DNA of 61,090 bases, the filler included, from Dugesia japonica (Eukaryota), in assembly GCA_001938525.1 (NCBI GenBank). It is 5 parts of 5 records of this genome, joined end to end, with 100 filler letters (N's around TTAATTAATTAA, not from the genome) between each part and the next. Parts side by side here need not be neighbours in the genome. Positions count along the whole stretch, not along the records: positions 1 to 16,937 come from MQRL01553728.1; 4 more parts are not named here. One strand, given 5' to 3'. Position numbers and translations under genes: made by a program. Numbering within the stretch: position 1 is the first letter of the stretch; every line of letters begins with the position of its first letter. A model generated the notes under the pieces. The model was given only the letters and a program-made list of their open reading frames with translations, had not been told where the DNA came from and did no database searches. This document shows, piece after piece, positions 1-13,681 of this stretch.

Positions 1-129
1 TTGGTTTTCTTTTGTATATAGTTTTCAATTCGTTTTTTTTATAAATTAAAACAAATAATACAAACAAACTAGTTAGTTATTAAATGAATTAAGAGAAAAT
101 TAAAAACGAAATAATATATCAATAATAAA

Positions 130-1300
130 TCATTATAACCACACTTTAACTGATGATGAATTTGATATCCTTAAACTTAGCTTATCACCTTGAATTAAAT
201 ATAAAATATGAGTTTAATTTTAAGGCTTAAATTGAATTGGCATTTTCTAAATTGCTACTTTCAGAGAGTTCAAATAAACAGGATGAACTATAAATAATAA
301 GTTTAACATCCAATCATATGTTACTAAACTTGTTAACAAAAATAAACGTTTTCATTTTAAAGATGAAAAAATGTTAAAGAAATCCACAAAGAAAAATTTG
401 AGCATTTGTAAATTTGATAAAGGCAATCGACTAATGATCACGGACAAGAATTATTTTAACAATAAAATAATAACGATATTGCAAACAAATAAATTTGAAT
501 GAATAAAGTTGAGAAAGAATAGCGTACCATTACCAATCAATGGCGAAAATCGATTAACAAAAATTCTAATTCAATTAAAAACAGAGATCACATAGATAGT
601 TTAGTTTCAAATTTTATGTTATGCTATGAAAGTCAGCCTGCAAAGCTTTATGGCCTACGAAATTACATAAACTTTACATCCATTTAAAACTTGTTTAATC
701 AATAATAAACACAGTGCAATACAAAGTTGATAAAATCCTTGACAAAATGTTTAAGTCATTAATATGCAAACAATTGATCTCAGATAAGGAAATTACGGTT
801 TCTTTTGATATAATTAGTATGCTCAAAAACGCTCCTATAAATGAGATCATCGATACTTGTGTTGATTTCAAGTAAAATCATTACGTGAATTTAAACTATA
901 AGTTTTTATGAAAACGCTGAGATAACTATTGGCATTTTATTGTACATACGTTCATCTTTTAATCAATAGTGATTGGTTCTCTCAGAAAGATGGTATTGCA
1001 ACGGGATCTCCGTTGGCAACAACATAAGCATCATTATATTTGTCTAAAATTGAGTCACGAATTACTAATTTTTCTGGTAATCAATCAACAGAATACAAAA
1101 GAGGAAATATTCCTTATTTTTAAAGATCAAGATGATATATTACCTTTTTTTGATTATGTGAACAGTGCTCATCCAAATATAAAATTTACTACAGAAATTG
1201 AAAAAGAAGGTTTTCGTTTGAAGACACGATTGTAGCTATAATACTGCAATCTATAAAAATAAAACCAACAGACACAGAACTCTATATCACTCCAAAAATA
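130..1300 (+). mobile_element. Degenerate Penelope-like retroelement reverse transcriptase
   Basis: Frameshifted/stop-interrupted peptides ICKFDKGN, PAKLYGL, VSFDIISM, FSQKDGIATGSPLA, FFDYVNSAHPNIKFTTEIE and KPTDTELY match the ADKGN / PxLYGLPK / SFDVxSLF / QxxGxxMGSPL / HPxIKFTxE motifs of PLE-type RTs. Confidence 0.8.
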
Positions 1301-2322
1301 TAATGAATACATTTTGTGAATAAGCTCACAAGACTATAAATACATAATTTCATTCAAACACACATGCATATTTGGTTGTATGTATGAATAGGATTAGTAT
1401 CTATCAATAGTGTAAAAATAATTTTTATATAGTGTTAGTAACTAATTATTTCAATTATAATTATAATTCATGTATAGAAAATTAGAAAATAAATTATCTA
1501 AATATTTTTAATTAATAAAAAAATTTATTTTAATTTGTAATACTAAAATAACTTCAAATAAATTTATAAAGTTAATTATTTTTTGGGTGTGTTGAATTTA
1601 TTCCACCTCAAAATGAAACCGGGAATTCAAATCTTATTACACGGATAGCATTTTCTAGCAATATTTTATTAATTAAAAAAAATCTTAAAGACAACTTATG
1701 TTTATTTAAAAACTGAAAAGAAAACAGAAAATCACTTATCAACATTAATTGATTAATATAAAACACAACAAGCTATTCATTTCATTTTACCCAATAGATG
1801 AAAATTGCATTTTGTAACAATTAATGTAGAATTGATTATCTAATATAATTAATTTTTGTTTAAATCGCAAAATTGAAAATAATTATTTGTTATTTAAATA
1901 TTACAAAGAATGTTGCCACAACTGTCGTCATTACAATCTTATTTTGGTAATTATTTTCAATAATTATTTCTCTAAAATTTTAGATGAATAATAATGAAGT
2001 TGAATATTTATGAATATTAATGAATAAAAATAATTTGAAATAAATGTTTCTAAGAAAAATAATTCCCAAAAGGATATTTTAACGGAAATCTTATAATTAT
2101 ATAAATTTGAATTTAAATAAATATAAATATAACTAAATAATTATAAATAAATAAATACAAATTGAAACAATAATATATTTAAAAAAGAAAATAAATAAAA
2201 TTTTTATTTTTAACAACAAAAATTTTTTATTTAAAACATGTTTTAACAACCAAAGATAGAAATTGCTGTTTTTCTATTTTCAATATTTAGACATAGCCTT
2301 CTTCAAGAACGGTTGTTCAGTA

Positions 2323-2591
2323 TATTCTTATTACAAATTGCGACATAAAGACGGATTTTAAATAAATCTGAGTAAAATCAATTTTCATTGGTTTTTATTT
2401 GTAATATAAAATTAGATGAATATTTTCTCGAATAATTACTGCAAAGCATTATGATAAATCTATTTTTAGAATTTTTTAAAAACTTAAAAATTTTTTTTAA
2501 TCATTGATCTGTTAAATAAAAAAAATTCGTTTTTAACAATAAAACATTTTTATTTAAAATCTATGTTTATGTCAAAATTTGTAATAAGAAT
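2323..2591. repeat. Inverted repeat (foldback), ~43-bp arms
   Basis: attcttattacaaattgcgacataaagacggattttaaataaa (~2324-2365) is the near reverse complement of tttatttaaaatctatgtttatgtcaaaatttgtaataagaat (~2549-2591). Confidence 0.6.
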
Positions 2592-4022
2592 TTTTAAAAA
2601 GAAAATTTAAAAAAATTTTTAAAATTCAAAAAATTTTTGTTGTTAAAAACAGATTTACTTATTTAAATAAATGATTAAAAAATAATTATTAAATTTCAAA
2701 AACAATTTAAAAATAGAAAAATTTAATTATTTTTTTCTGATTAATTATTTAAATATTATATTTTATCAAATAAATAAAATGATTAAAATTCATAAAATAT
2801 TCAAATGTTTCATAGTGTATAAGCAGAGGAAATGTAAAATTTACATACTAATCCAAACCATCACTTCCACACAACGAAGATCTTAGAAAAGACTGTCTTT
2901 TCCAGTCAGAAATGACAAGTGATGTAGCCTAACTAACTACTTTATAACGGAAATATTTCTTTCACTTAGATTTTAGTTTTTTTTCTCTTTAAGACAAGAA
3001 ATTCATCTGAAAATTAACTTGACAAATTATTAGAGATAAATTCAGCTTTTGAAAAAAGAAATTACTTTATTTTTTTTTACAATTAATGAATCCTAGCATC
3101 ATTAATATTCGATATTCTAATAATATTAGAAATAAAATACAATTCATACGAGAAGATTATTTTGAAAATGATTTTTCCACTGAATTACAGACTGTCAGTA
3201 TGCATTTTTATAGAAATAGCATATAACTAATACCTTTCTAATTAAATTCAATCTTTTTAATCTCAACGTTATAATTTCTTTGTATAATCAAAGAAATTGC
3301 TTTTGTTTTGTGACTTCGCTTGGAGAGAAATGTTCATAAAAATTTTATTTTAAAATTTGTCTAGGAATTTTAATCTCCATAATTCATTATTTTTTGTTTG
3401 AATTTATGATATTAACTAAATATCGTTTTTTTTTATAATAAAAATAATAATAATAATAATTCATTGTTTATAGAAATTTCCTAGACTATTGTGTCAATTA
3501 AAGCTTTTCTCGATGTTAATTGAACATGATTTTATTTTTTAGTTTAAATGGATATTGTTGTAAATAATAATACAGAATTTCAAACTAATTAAAATTAAAA
3601 AAAAATTTTATTTTGAAATAAATATTTAAAATTTAAAAAATTAATTTTTTTAAAACGAGAATTGTTTTTTTTATCTTTAAAAATCGGATTAAATAAGAAA
3701 TAAGGAAAATATTTCAATAGATGGATAATGGCGAACTGAAACCAATTCTGTAGTACCCCCCTCCCAGGATTAGTAATTAAAAGTTGTTTAAATATTTTTA
3801 AAATAACTAAATTATTTACTTAAATAATTTTCAAAATATTAAAAGATTTTTATAAAAATAGTTTAAATTTTAAAAATTACACGTATTAAACTTTTTCGTA
3901 GATTTTATGAATATAAAATTATAAAACAAAATATTCATTTAATTGAATTAATTAACAATGATCTCATTAATTAATTAATTAATTAAAAAAACTAAATTAA
4001 TGATAAGAGTTTTAATATTTGA

Positions 4023-4422
4023 CAATCATTAATAGCGACGGGCGATGTGTGCAAAAAGTATGGACATAAACAGCGCAAGCTATTGATTTGCGCTTACTAG
4101 AAATTTCTTGTTCATGTGAAATAATAACAATTCACAATCCCTGTTACGACAGTGTTTCACAAGATTGTCCAACTATTTCTAGTAAGGTTTACTCGTTGGA
4201 ACTGCTATTGCAACGCATGTTCGATCCCAGACATCTACGGGTATCTCAGACCTGTTATTTCTCTTTTTCATTTAGCTAGACGCTATTTATTTTTATAAAA
4301 ATTCATTATTTACGACTTAAAATAAATACTTTATTTAGCAAGTTAGAGTCTCGTTCGTTATCAGGATTAACCTGAAAAATAGCTCCACCAAATCAAGAAA
4401 GAGTTATCAATCTGTCAATCCT
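4023..4422 (-). pseudogene. 18S rRNA: Degenerate 18S rRNA gene fragment (3' part of the SSU rRNA)
   Basis: Reverse-complement SSU landmarks in the correct order: tagcgacgggcgatgtgt, gacatctacgggtatctcagacctgttatt, gtctcgttcgttatc, gctccaccaa, aagaaagagttatcaatctgtcaatcct; many substitutions and a deletion; no flanking rDNA. Confidence 0.9.
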
Positions 4423-5145
4423 CATCAATTAAAAAATATTTTCAAATATTTTTCTAGCTAAATATCCAAAATTTTCGACAATTGTAGGTGATCCAATTAT
4501 TTTGCTTTTGCCTTAAGGTTTTTAAATTTATTTTATAAAATAAAATTCGAATAGAAATCAGTTGAATTGATAAGTTAATTTAACTATTATTGACAGTGTA
4601 TGTCTATCCAAGTTAGAAGAGGGATAGTGCAGCACTAGATCAGCTGACCTGGTACCAACAGAAATCCAAAATGATATACGATTGCAAAACAAATATTGAT
4701 GTGAAGTAGTTTTTCAAGTCATTATGAAGTAAGCAATCTTACTTATTGTATAATAGGAATATAACATCGGCATACCTTATAAATGATAATTTTAGTCATA
4801 TTAAAAGTTAGCGATTAAGTGACATAAATGCTATTTATTTGTTTCTATTCATGCTTTAAATGAAATTTTAGTCAAATGGCCAAAAATATAAAGAATTTAT
4901 GTTGATGGATAATTAGCAAGGACATATCCAAAGGGAAGCGATCGCTCTTCCCCATAACCGGCTTTTAAAAAAGTTATAAAATGATAAGGAGCGACTATCC
5001 ACATGAAAATTAGGATAGTAGTATGAAAAAGTAAAGAAGAAATAATTAAAAACAATTTGGTATTAAAAAGTCGAAAAGAATAAAATAAAAACAATTATAG
5101 ATTAACAGTAAATTAGATAGATAATGGAGCACTAAGTTACATCCC

Positions 5146-5269
5146 AGGTGTATTACAAAGTGGTTTAGAAATTCGGTTTCAAATTTTGGTTTAGTAATTT
5201 TAATATACATCCAAAATTACTAAACCAAAATTTCAAACCGAATTTCTAAACGACTTTTGTAGAACGCCT
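5146..5269. repeat. Palindromic MITE-like hairpin (~55-bp arms)
   Basis: aggtgtattacaaagtggtttagaaattcggtttcaaattttggtttagtaatttt pairs with aaaattactaaaccaaaatttcaaaccgaatttctaaacgacttttgtagaacgcct around a ~12-nt loop. Confidence 0.8.
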
Positions 5270-5674
5270 TGAATATTGTAAAAAAATATTAAATACTAAA
5301 AATTATAAATTAAATAAATTTTAAATAGAAATTGTACTTGTTTGTTTTTTGTTATTTGCATTTATTTCCGCGAGAATATGTTTTGGCGATTTTTACCCGT
5401 GTTATTATTACTCAACGTAGAATTCTTTATATTGAATAGATGGGTTGATAATAAAATTTGAGATACTTTTTATTTTTCGAAAAATCTATGTAAAATATTG
5501 AAAAAACTAAAAATGACCCACGTCAAATTCTTAACAGAACGGTATAAAACTATTTGAAATCTGAGCATAAAAAGTATTTTTAAAAAACTTGGACTGTTCG
5601 CCCAGATTCCATTAAAATTTGAATTATTTATAAAACAATTTTATTTATTGTGAAAGTTCACTTTTAATAAAATC

Positions 5675-5972
5675 AAATATTTTCAAAATTAAGAAAATAA
5701 ATTAAGGCTTAGATCAAAAAAATGTTTTTTAAAAGCTTTTATTAAGGTTAAAAATTTCAAAAATTTTAATTACTTTCCAAAATCTTCGAATTTATATTCT
5801 TCGAGAGTTGTGATTGATTTATGGAATTTATTTAATCAAAACTACTAAAGAAAATAAAATCAAAAAATTGGGTCAAAGAAAATTAAATTTTTGAAATTGT
5901 TAACCTTAATAAAAATTAAAAAAACAATTTTTGGCGAAGTCTAAGTTAAATTTCTTCATTTTGAAAATATTT
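5675..5972. repeat. Degenerate inverted repeat, ~100-bp arms
   Basis: aaatattttcaaaatt...ttttattaaggttaaaaatttcaaaaattt versus aaatttttgaaattgttaaccttaataaaa...ttttgaaaatattt. Confidence 0.6.
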
Positions 5973-6472
5973 AATTTTATTTTTTATAAAATTAATTAAT
6001 TAAACAAAATCGACTTTTCTACTTGATTTCGGTGAAAATTAATTAACAAATTAATTTTGGTAAATATAAACAAAAAATAATTAATTTTACTTTATTTAAA
6101 CTAAAAATTTAATTTCCAGTTGATTACAAAATAAATGACGTAATAATTTTTCTATCATCCACCCATGAAAAATTCCTGGATCCGTCGCTGATAATTAGAA
6201 GGGTTGATAAATGAAGGTCTTAATACTTGATAATATAAATTTAAAAACCGTTAGTCAAAAAGAAAAAAAATGAATAACAAACAAAGTCTATTGTCGAAAA
6301 TTTTGAATATTTAAATTCAAAAAATTTTTGAAAATATTATTTAATTAAATATTAAATTTAAATTAAATTTTTTTAATTAATTAAATCATAGTTAATTAGT
6401 TAAATCATTGTTAATTAATTCAATAAAATGAATATTTTATATTTTTATATTTTCATATTTAAATAATTAGCC

Positions 6473-6482
6473 AAATAATAAT

Positions 6483-6523
<41 letters not shown>

Positions 6524-6633
6524 TAATAATAATAATAATAATAATAANNNNNNNNNNNNNNNNNNNNNNNNNNNNNNNNNNNNNNNNNNNNNNNNNNNNN
6601 NNNNNNNNNNNNNNNNNNNNNNNNNNNNNNNNN

Positions 6634-6676
<43 letters not shown>
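6473..6676. repeat. (AAT)n microsatellite spanning an assembly gap
   Basis: Pure AAT repeats on both sides of an N-run; the same pattern occurs at 9065-9115, 15893-16068 and 52946-53010. Confidence 0.95.
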
Positions 6677-6677
<1 letters not shown>

Positions 6678-8900
6678 TGTTGGGTTTTTAGGATTTTGAT
6701 GTTTTAACAAAACACTGGTTTACTTTTGATATAACTCGCTTTCATTCTGAACAATACATCATATCTAGGGGCATATCTAAAAACCACAAGCATTTGTGTC
6801 CCCTCTGTGACATGCCCCTCTTCTTACAGGTTCTTACTCACTAAATTTATGAACCCAGACAGCAATCTCTCTCACTTGCTCAGTTAAAATTTGACACCGT
6901 AATTTTACTATAACAAACAAAAGCATAATTCATAACACGCTAATAATATCCATTAACATATTATTTAATTATTTACAGGTTGCATTTGATCAGCAATTCT
7001 GAGTCCAAGTCTACGGTATTTGTCTCCCTAACCTATTCATCTGGCTTCGATCTATAATTTAACCATAGCGTCCTCAAGGAGACGAACAAGGAGCTTTCTC
7101 GGTCGGCGTATGTCTTGATGACATCTGCCATAAGCTGGTTTGCGGGCTGAAGATAATGGAGCACTAAGTCACATCCCAGGTGTATTACAAAGTGGTTTAG
7201 AAATTCGGTTTCAAATTTTGGTTTAGTAATTTTAATATACATCCAAAATTACTAAACCAAAATTACGCTCCTTCTTCCAACGCTTCTGTGCTGTCAATAA
7301 CGTCTTCTTGATTACCATTTCCTCGTTTGATTTGTTCACTAAAATAATTTTACAATGAGGGACGCATAAAAAATAATTATGACAAATTATCGGTAAGGTT
7401 ATTATCATTCTATTATGGAAATGCGAATCTCTCACTTTATCACTTTTAGGAATAAAAGACACAAAACCCTCATTTAATTAAACTTAATTAATATTGTCAT
7501 TAAATTACTCGCCACTTCTGCATTTTCTTAACATGAGATTACAATATCGTCGTGAAATACATATCACCTTTCTTCAGATAAATAAAAAGAAACAACATCA
7601 TCTCAACACTGTATTTACTTTATTTTAATTCATCCAATTCCACAGAGACGATTTCTCTCAACCCCACCAGCTCTTGCATTATCTAAAACTCCTCGGCCTC
7701 CATTTCATCGTCAGTTGAGCCCACTAAAGTCCGAACGTTAGTAATTTCCAACGTAGTATTAGTGGAATCCGGCAACACCGAGGTCTCCTTTCCAGGATCC
7801 CTCTGGTCACATTTCCTTTGGTAGTTAGTCAAAAGAAGGTGGGCTTCCTTGATTATCAATTGTAGTTGTGGTGTCTCTAAATCTGCCCACATATTCGTGA
7901 TTTCTAACTCCCAACTTTCTCTTTCCCGCCTCAACATGGATTAAACTTCCGACCACTCCACACAGAAGAGTCTATCCTCATTGATGTGTGCCCCATTATA
8001 CTCGTCCATTCTTTCACTGTTCTCATTTTGATTCAATTTATACATCTATGAACAAACAAAATTATATTATTACAAAGTGTTATTTTTTAAATTAATTAAT
8101 TAAAGCTTGATAACAACAGAATTATCCGTTTCTTTGACCTGCAGCTTATCTGATCTTTGTGACCATTTCTAGAAGGCGAACCAGAGAAGATGTCTTATTT
8201 CCACAACTCGTCTTCCTTCACTTCAAGGATCTCTTCGTTATCCATTAAGCCTATTCACAACGACTTGATCAGTAGTCCTCCTAACAACTTTTGTCCCTAA
8301 ACATTTGCAATTTCCGACATGATTTTGCATTAACATTTTATCCATGAACATTCTTTTTTGTATGAACATGCTTTTTTGCCAATAAATCTTTCTGCTTTTA
8401 CGACAATAAACATTTCTGACTTTTCAACATTAAACATTTCAGCTTTTTCACAATAACTATTTCTGCTTTTCGAGGACACGGATTCTTCCCGGAGAACTCC
8501 GATACATGTAAGGTATGAGGATAATTAAATTTAAATGTTACAAACAGAATTTACTTTTTGTAAAATATTATTCTTCCAATTTGTGTTTTCGATAATAACA
8601 GTGAAATTACGATCCTCATTTTATATTATTTTTGAAAGAATTAATAAGAATTTATTTTATTTATAAAGAATTTATCGCCTGATTCAGACAAGGCAAGATG
8701 ACTAGACCAGACTTAATTAATTTATAATAATAGTATTGAACGCTGGACAGCGTAATTATAGTAATGAAATACGGTCGTAGAGACCCCTTTAATATGATAT
8801 TATAATATAGTATATTATTTTTATTATTTAGTTCGTCATTCCCGCTTAGTACATATAATTTTTATTTCCGTCTCGCTAAATTTGGGTCTTCTACGCCCGA
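6678..8900. mobile_element. Putative LTR-like element with decayed minus-strand ORF cassettes
   Basis: Starts TGTTGGG like the LTRs at 13682 and 22375; GC-richer blocks on the minus strand, e.g. tttgtttgttcatag|ATG at 8045 reading in frame through one stop into ORF 7683..7937; right end not resolved because of the gap at 8940. Confidence 0.4.
8380..8473. repeat. Four ~24-bp tandem repeats (acaataaacatttctgctttt..)
   Basis: Direct visual periodicity; the minus strand reads EKAEMFNV-EKSEMFIV-VKAERFIG. Confidence 0.75.
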
Positions 8901-9064
8901 TTTTTCTTTTTCGCTCTTTTCAAATAATTCAAGAATAATNNNNNNNNNNNNNNNNNNNNNNNNNNNNNNNNNNNNNNNNNNNNNNNNNNNNNNNNNNNNN
9001 NNNNNNNNNNNNNNNNNNNNNNNNNNNNNNNNNNNNNNNNNNNNNNNNNNNNNNNNNNNNNNNN

Positions 9065-9118
<54 letters not shown>

Positions 9119-10709
9119 GTAAAAAAATTGAAAAAGAAAAATTGAAAATTACTTGAAAACGTAATTTTCCTTCTGATTTTGTCAACAACGTTTTCTGTTG
9201 TATTCTATTAGAATACTTCAAATTTATTCTATAATTGAATTTTAAGTGTTTTGATATGGTTTTTAAAGATAAGTAAAATTAAAATTTTATTTTACAAACA
9301 ATAAAATATTCATTAAAAATTATTAAATTAATACTAAATATTAATATTTATTATTTTAAAATAATTTAATACTTATAAATAAATAGTAGTTGAAAAAATG
9401 ATAATATAAAACCAATTTTTTACTTATTGAGTTTTAGCTATTTTAAGCAAATTTAGTTTAGATGATCTTTATTTTCTATAGATTGATGTATAGTAAAAAA
9501 ATTGAACACGATCTGAACTATATATTTGTTTAAATATAATATTTCCATATATTTCGCAGATTTTCTATTAGTAGACTTGTTTTCGTGTTGTTACTGTTAA
9601 TTATTAAGCTAAGTTACTAAACAGAAGAGAGTACAATTTATCATATGTTTCTTAGTATGAATCGCTGGCATAAGGATTACAATGTTATAATAACGGTAAT
9701 TATTATTTAATATTTCTGTTTTTTGTAATTAAATTTTACTTTGTAATTGTAAATTCTCCTATGTCGTCAGTAGGTAGATACGAGCGCAACAAACCAGGGC
9801 CCCTCGAGGTAGAGGGTACCCACATGAGTCATTGCATATTTTTTTGGGATGGACGATGAGTCTTAAAGTATCCCCCATATTTTTTTAAAAAATTTTATTT
9901 ATTTTTTTTTAAAATTTTTTTTTGAAATTTTGTTTTTTTACGAATAATTTGAAAGTAAAATTTTTCTTAAGGTTAAGTGTAGTATCCCCACACTCTCACG
10001 GAAACACATTACTTAAAATTATTTTTTTTGAAATTTTTTTGTTTGAAATATTTTTAATTTTTTTTCTCAAAATTTTTTCTCAAGGTCATAGATATTACCA
10101 AACCTCTCACAAAATCACATTACTTAAAAGAAAATTTTGTTTTGTTTTATGAAACTAAATTTGAAATTTTTTTTGTAACTTTTGTTTATTTGAACATATT
10201 TTGAAAAAATTATGTTTTTCAAATTATTTATTTATTATTTTTTTTTAATAAAGTCTTATATTTTAACCATGTCACTCAAAATAATATCCAGTGATACCTG
10301 AATGTGTCTTTATTTAAAAAGCTTAGCGATTGCATTTCTTTATTCATTTTGCATTTGAATTGCATTATAACAAATTATTTAAAATTGCATATTATAGAAA
10401 TTATTATATTAAAAAAAGCATTAAATAAAACTCTGAATTTGGTAAATTATTTCCTCGGTAATGGTCAGTTTGGGTGATTTGTGTGATTTGGTCCATTATT
10501 TCCTCGGTCTCGTTAGTTTGGGTGATTTTTAAATGATTTATTATTTACTCTCAAGAGGCAGTTTTAGATGAATTTGAGTGATCATTTGTACCGTTTAGGT
10601 TGAATTTTATGGAAATTCATGATAAAGATCGAATGTTATTTTTAATTTTCAAGTTTTCAAAAGATAATTAAAATTTCTTTTTGTAGATATTCGGTATTGT
10701 TTAAATAAT

Positions 10710-10806
10710 ATGAAAATTTTTAAATTTTTAAAGGAATTTTCATTGGGAATCCGAGATATCCGAAATTTTGAAAATATTTTTTATCAAGATTTTTACATTA
10801 ATCGAT
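10710..10806 (+). repeat. Dispersed repeat, second copy at ~43154-43262
   Basis: Shared tgggaatccg...tccgaa..tt.gaaaat...ttttatc.agatttttacat.aatcgat; the region also carries a recurring tatt.g.tagaga.ttt motif (10888, 11050, 11190, 12350, 43335). Confidence 0.65.
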
Positions 10807-11729
10807 TAAAATTGACCTAGGAATCATTTCTAGCTAAAAATATTTTATTCAAAATTTCGTTTTTCAAATTTAATTATAAACTAGTCTATTCGGTAGAGAA
10901 TGTTTCCCTGATCAAGAAAACCATCATCGTCAAACTTAATTTTGATAGAGAAAATTCGAAAAAACATGGTCAAAAATCCCTATGATGCTTAGCCGACACA
11001 AAAAAATTAATTGTTTTCAATTTTCATCCAAATTTAATGATCCAAGTACTATTAGGTAGAGATTTGTTTTTACTGATCAAGAATATATACGGTAGATATT
11101 TGTCAAATTAAATTAATTTTAAAAAAGTTTTTTATTCTCAATAAATAATTAAAAAGTAAAAGTATCTCAAATTAAAATTTAAACAAGTCTATTATATAGA
11201 GATTTTTACACTGATTCCAAATATGTTAACCTCAAATAACTTAACATTATAGATAAAAATTTTCATTGAAAAACAAGTACTTAATTTTGGAGTCCCCAAG
11301 GAACTTAAAAATAGGATTATAATTTATTCGGTAAGGTCAATTTTTGGGTGATATTTTTTATGAATTTAGATGAAAGTTTACTCTCCACTAGTACTCAGTC
11401 ATCAATAATATGTTAGCAGTGCACTGACAATTAATTATAAATGGGTTTCTCACTTTTTGGCTGTCTTTTCTATCATTTACTGGTTTTCTTCAACTATTTG
11501 CAGGTCTTTTATTTCATTAACTGGTTTTCATTCGCTATTTGATGGTATTTACTATTCAATAGTGGTAAATGTAATGCTTAATTATTTATCCTGTTCTATA
11601 TTTTTCCTTGAAATTTAAAATTAAATAAGATTTCGTTTGTATTTTAATTCTTGTTCTATTTTTATCATAAAGTGTTTTTAAAATTTAGATTACAATAGGA
11701 ATTTTTTATTAAGTATTGAAAATTTTGTA

Positions 11730-12550
11730 ATTATTTATTGAAAATATCTCCTATAATTGATTGAATAAATTAAGTATGATGAATTGATTAATTTTCAATG
11801 GGTAATTTGATTAAAACTATGCTTTTGTTATTAAAATGAATTATGGTTTGAATAAATTTTTAATCTTGTTTTGAAAATAAATTAGATTTCATGTAAATAT
11901 TTTTATGATTAAATTTTAAATTTTTACGGTTAAATTAAAATTATAAAAGAAAATGTTTTTATTAATTATTGATGGAATTTTGAAATGATTTTAAATCAAA
12001 TTAGATTTCGCAAGTAATTTTATTTTATGTCTGATTTATAAAAGAAAATTTTTATTAAGGATTGACTCATTGAAATAATTTTTAAACATTTATTGAAAAT
12101 AACACATATAATTAATTGAATAAATTAAGAATGACGGATTTAATAATTTTCAAATAATTATCAGTAAAAGTATTCAAAAAAAGTCAATTCCTTAAACCTA
12201 AATTTTGATCAAAGCTTTATAGTTAATGAATTCTATAAAACAATCAATGGTTATGTCCCACAATTATTCTCGCAATAATTGTAATTTTTAAATTAGGGTC
12301 GAGGATTAATAAAAAATAAAACTTAACTCAAATTTAAACATCAAATAGCTATTAGATAGAGAATTTTATGCTAAATAAGAATAACATGATTAAAAATCGT
12401 CTGTCTTTAACCTTAATTAAAATATTTCTTTTTAAACTTTAATTTATAATAATTGCAATTTTTATTAAGCATGAGATAATTTGATATATTTGTAAATATT
12501 TATTGAAAATAACTAAAAAGATTTTCAAATAATTATGAGAAAAGTATTTA
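11730..12550. repeat. Three degenerate ~350-400 bp tandem units
   Basis: atttattgaaaata...ttttcaa anchor recurs at ~11733, ~12088 and ~12497. Confidence 0.55.
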
Positions 12551-13681
12551 AAACATTCATTTTAAGTGTATAATACATTCACTTTAGAATTTTTTAAAAT
12601 AATAAGTAAAATTTAAGCTTTTACAATTATAAAGAGGAAAAATTGTTAGCATTTTTATTTTCAATTAAGATACTACAATAAATAAGGATAATTTTAAAAT
12701 TAAATTCAATGAATCAAATTAGTAACTCAAATAGTTATTGATTTGATTATAATTTTTCTTTGAATAAAATTTCTTTCAATATTTAACTAATTAATTTTAA
12801 AATAAATATTTAAATGAATAAATCAGTTTATTTGAAAGGTTTAAATTAGATTTTTGAATAATTGGTTAAAATTTTAATGATTGAATAAATTTAAAGGTTC
12901 CAAGTAGGTGAATAATTGGTTAATAAACACATAAGAAATATATTTTTGTCTATGGATTTTACTATATAAAGTTGAATGATTAATCGGTTTATTCGGATTA
13001 TTAGTTGTAAAGTATATATTCAATGTGAATTATAGAGTTGAATATAATGAATAAGCGATGAACAGATTAAACCATTAACTGAAAGATCAATTGGTAAATG
13101 ATGATAACGAGTATTCTGTATGTTAATACTTGATGATAATGAGAATTGTGTTGGTTAAGAGCTGTTGGTAACGAGTATTGTGTATGTTAAGAAACTCTCC
13201 TTGATAATATTAACATTTGGTACCAATTTTTACTAAGTAATTTTATGAATGAATTATCAAAACATGAATGTTGACAGTTTTAGAATCACTATTACAGAAA
13301 AGATTGTGAAATTTAAACCATTTTTAGAACATTTCCTGTAATTTTTTTGATGACAAAAAATGATTGTGTAATTTTTCTTCGATTCGAAAACAGTTCATGT
13401 TAATTTCAGATTAAATTTCATGACTTCAAGTAAATTTGATAATACTATCTCACTCTTTCTTACCCTCTCATTCTTATTCACTCGCATTTATCTTTTATCA
13501 CTTGATTCTTCTCACTTTTGTTCTTACTTATCATTTTTCTAACTTAAAACAAAGAAACTTACTAAGAATGAAGCAAAACCTAGTTTGAGTGAGAAATAAT
13601 TGAATACTTGTTTGTTTGTTAAGATGTTGATCTAAGTGTTGAAAATATCAATAAATCATAATGCAGTGTATTTAATATATC

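Noticed and set aside
4483-4660. Possible ~180-bp solo LTR (TGTAGG...CCAACA) sharing gatagtg..gcact.gatca with ~32634
   Set aside because: TSD does not match and similarity is too short to support a call
6459-6710. Poly-Ile/Leu/Tyr ORFs (also 8862..9221 and 15840..16125)
   Set aside because: Translations of (AAT)n microsatellites and N runs
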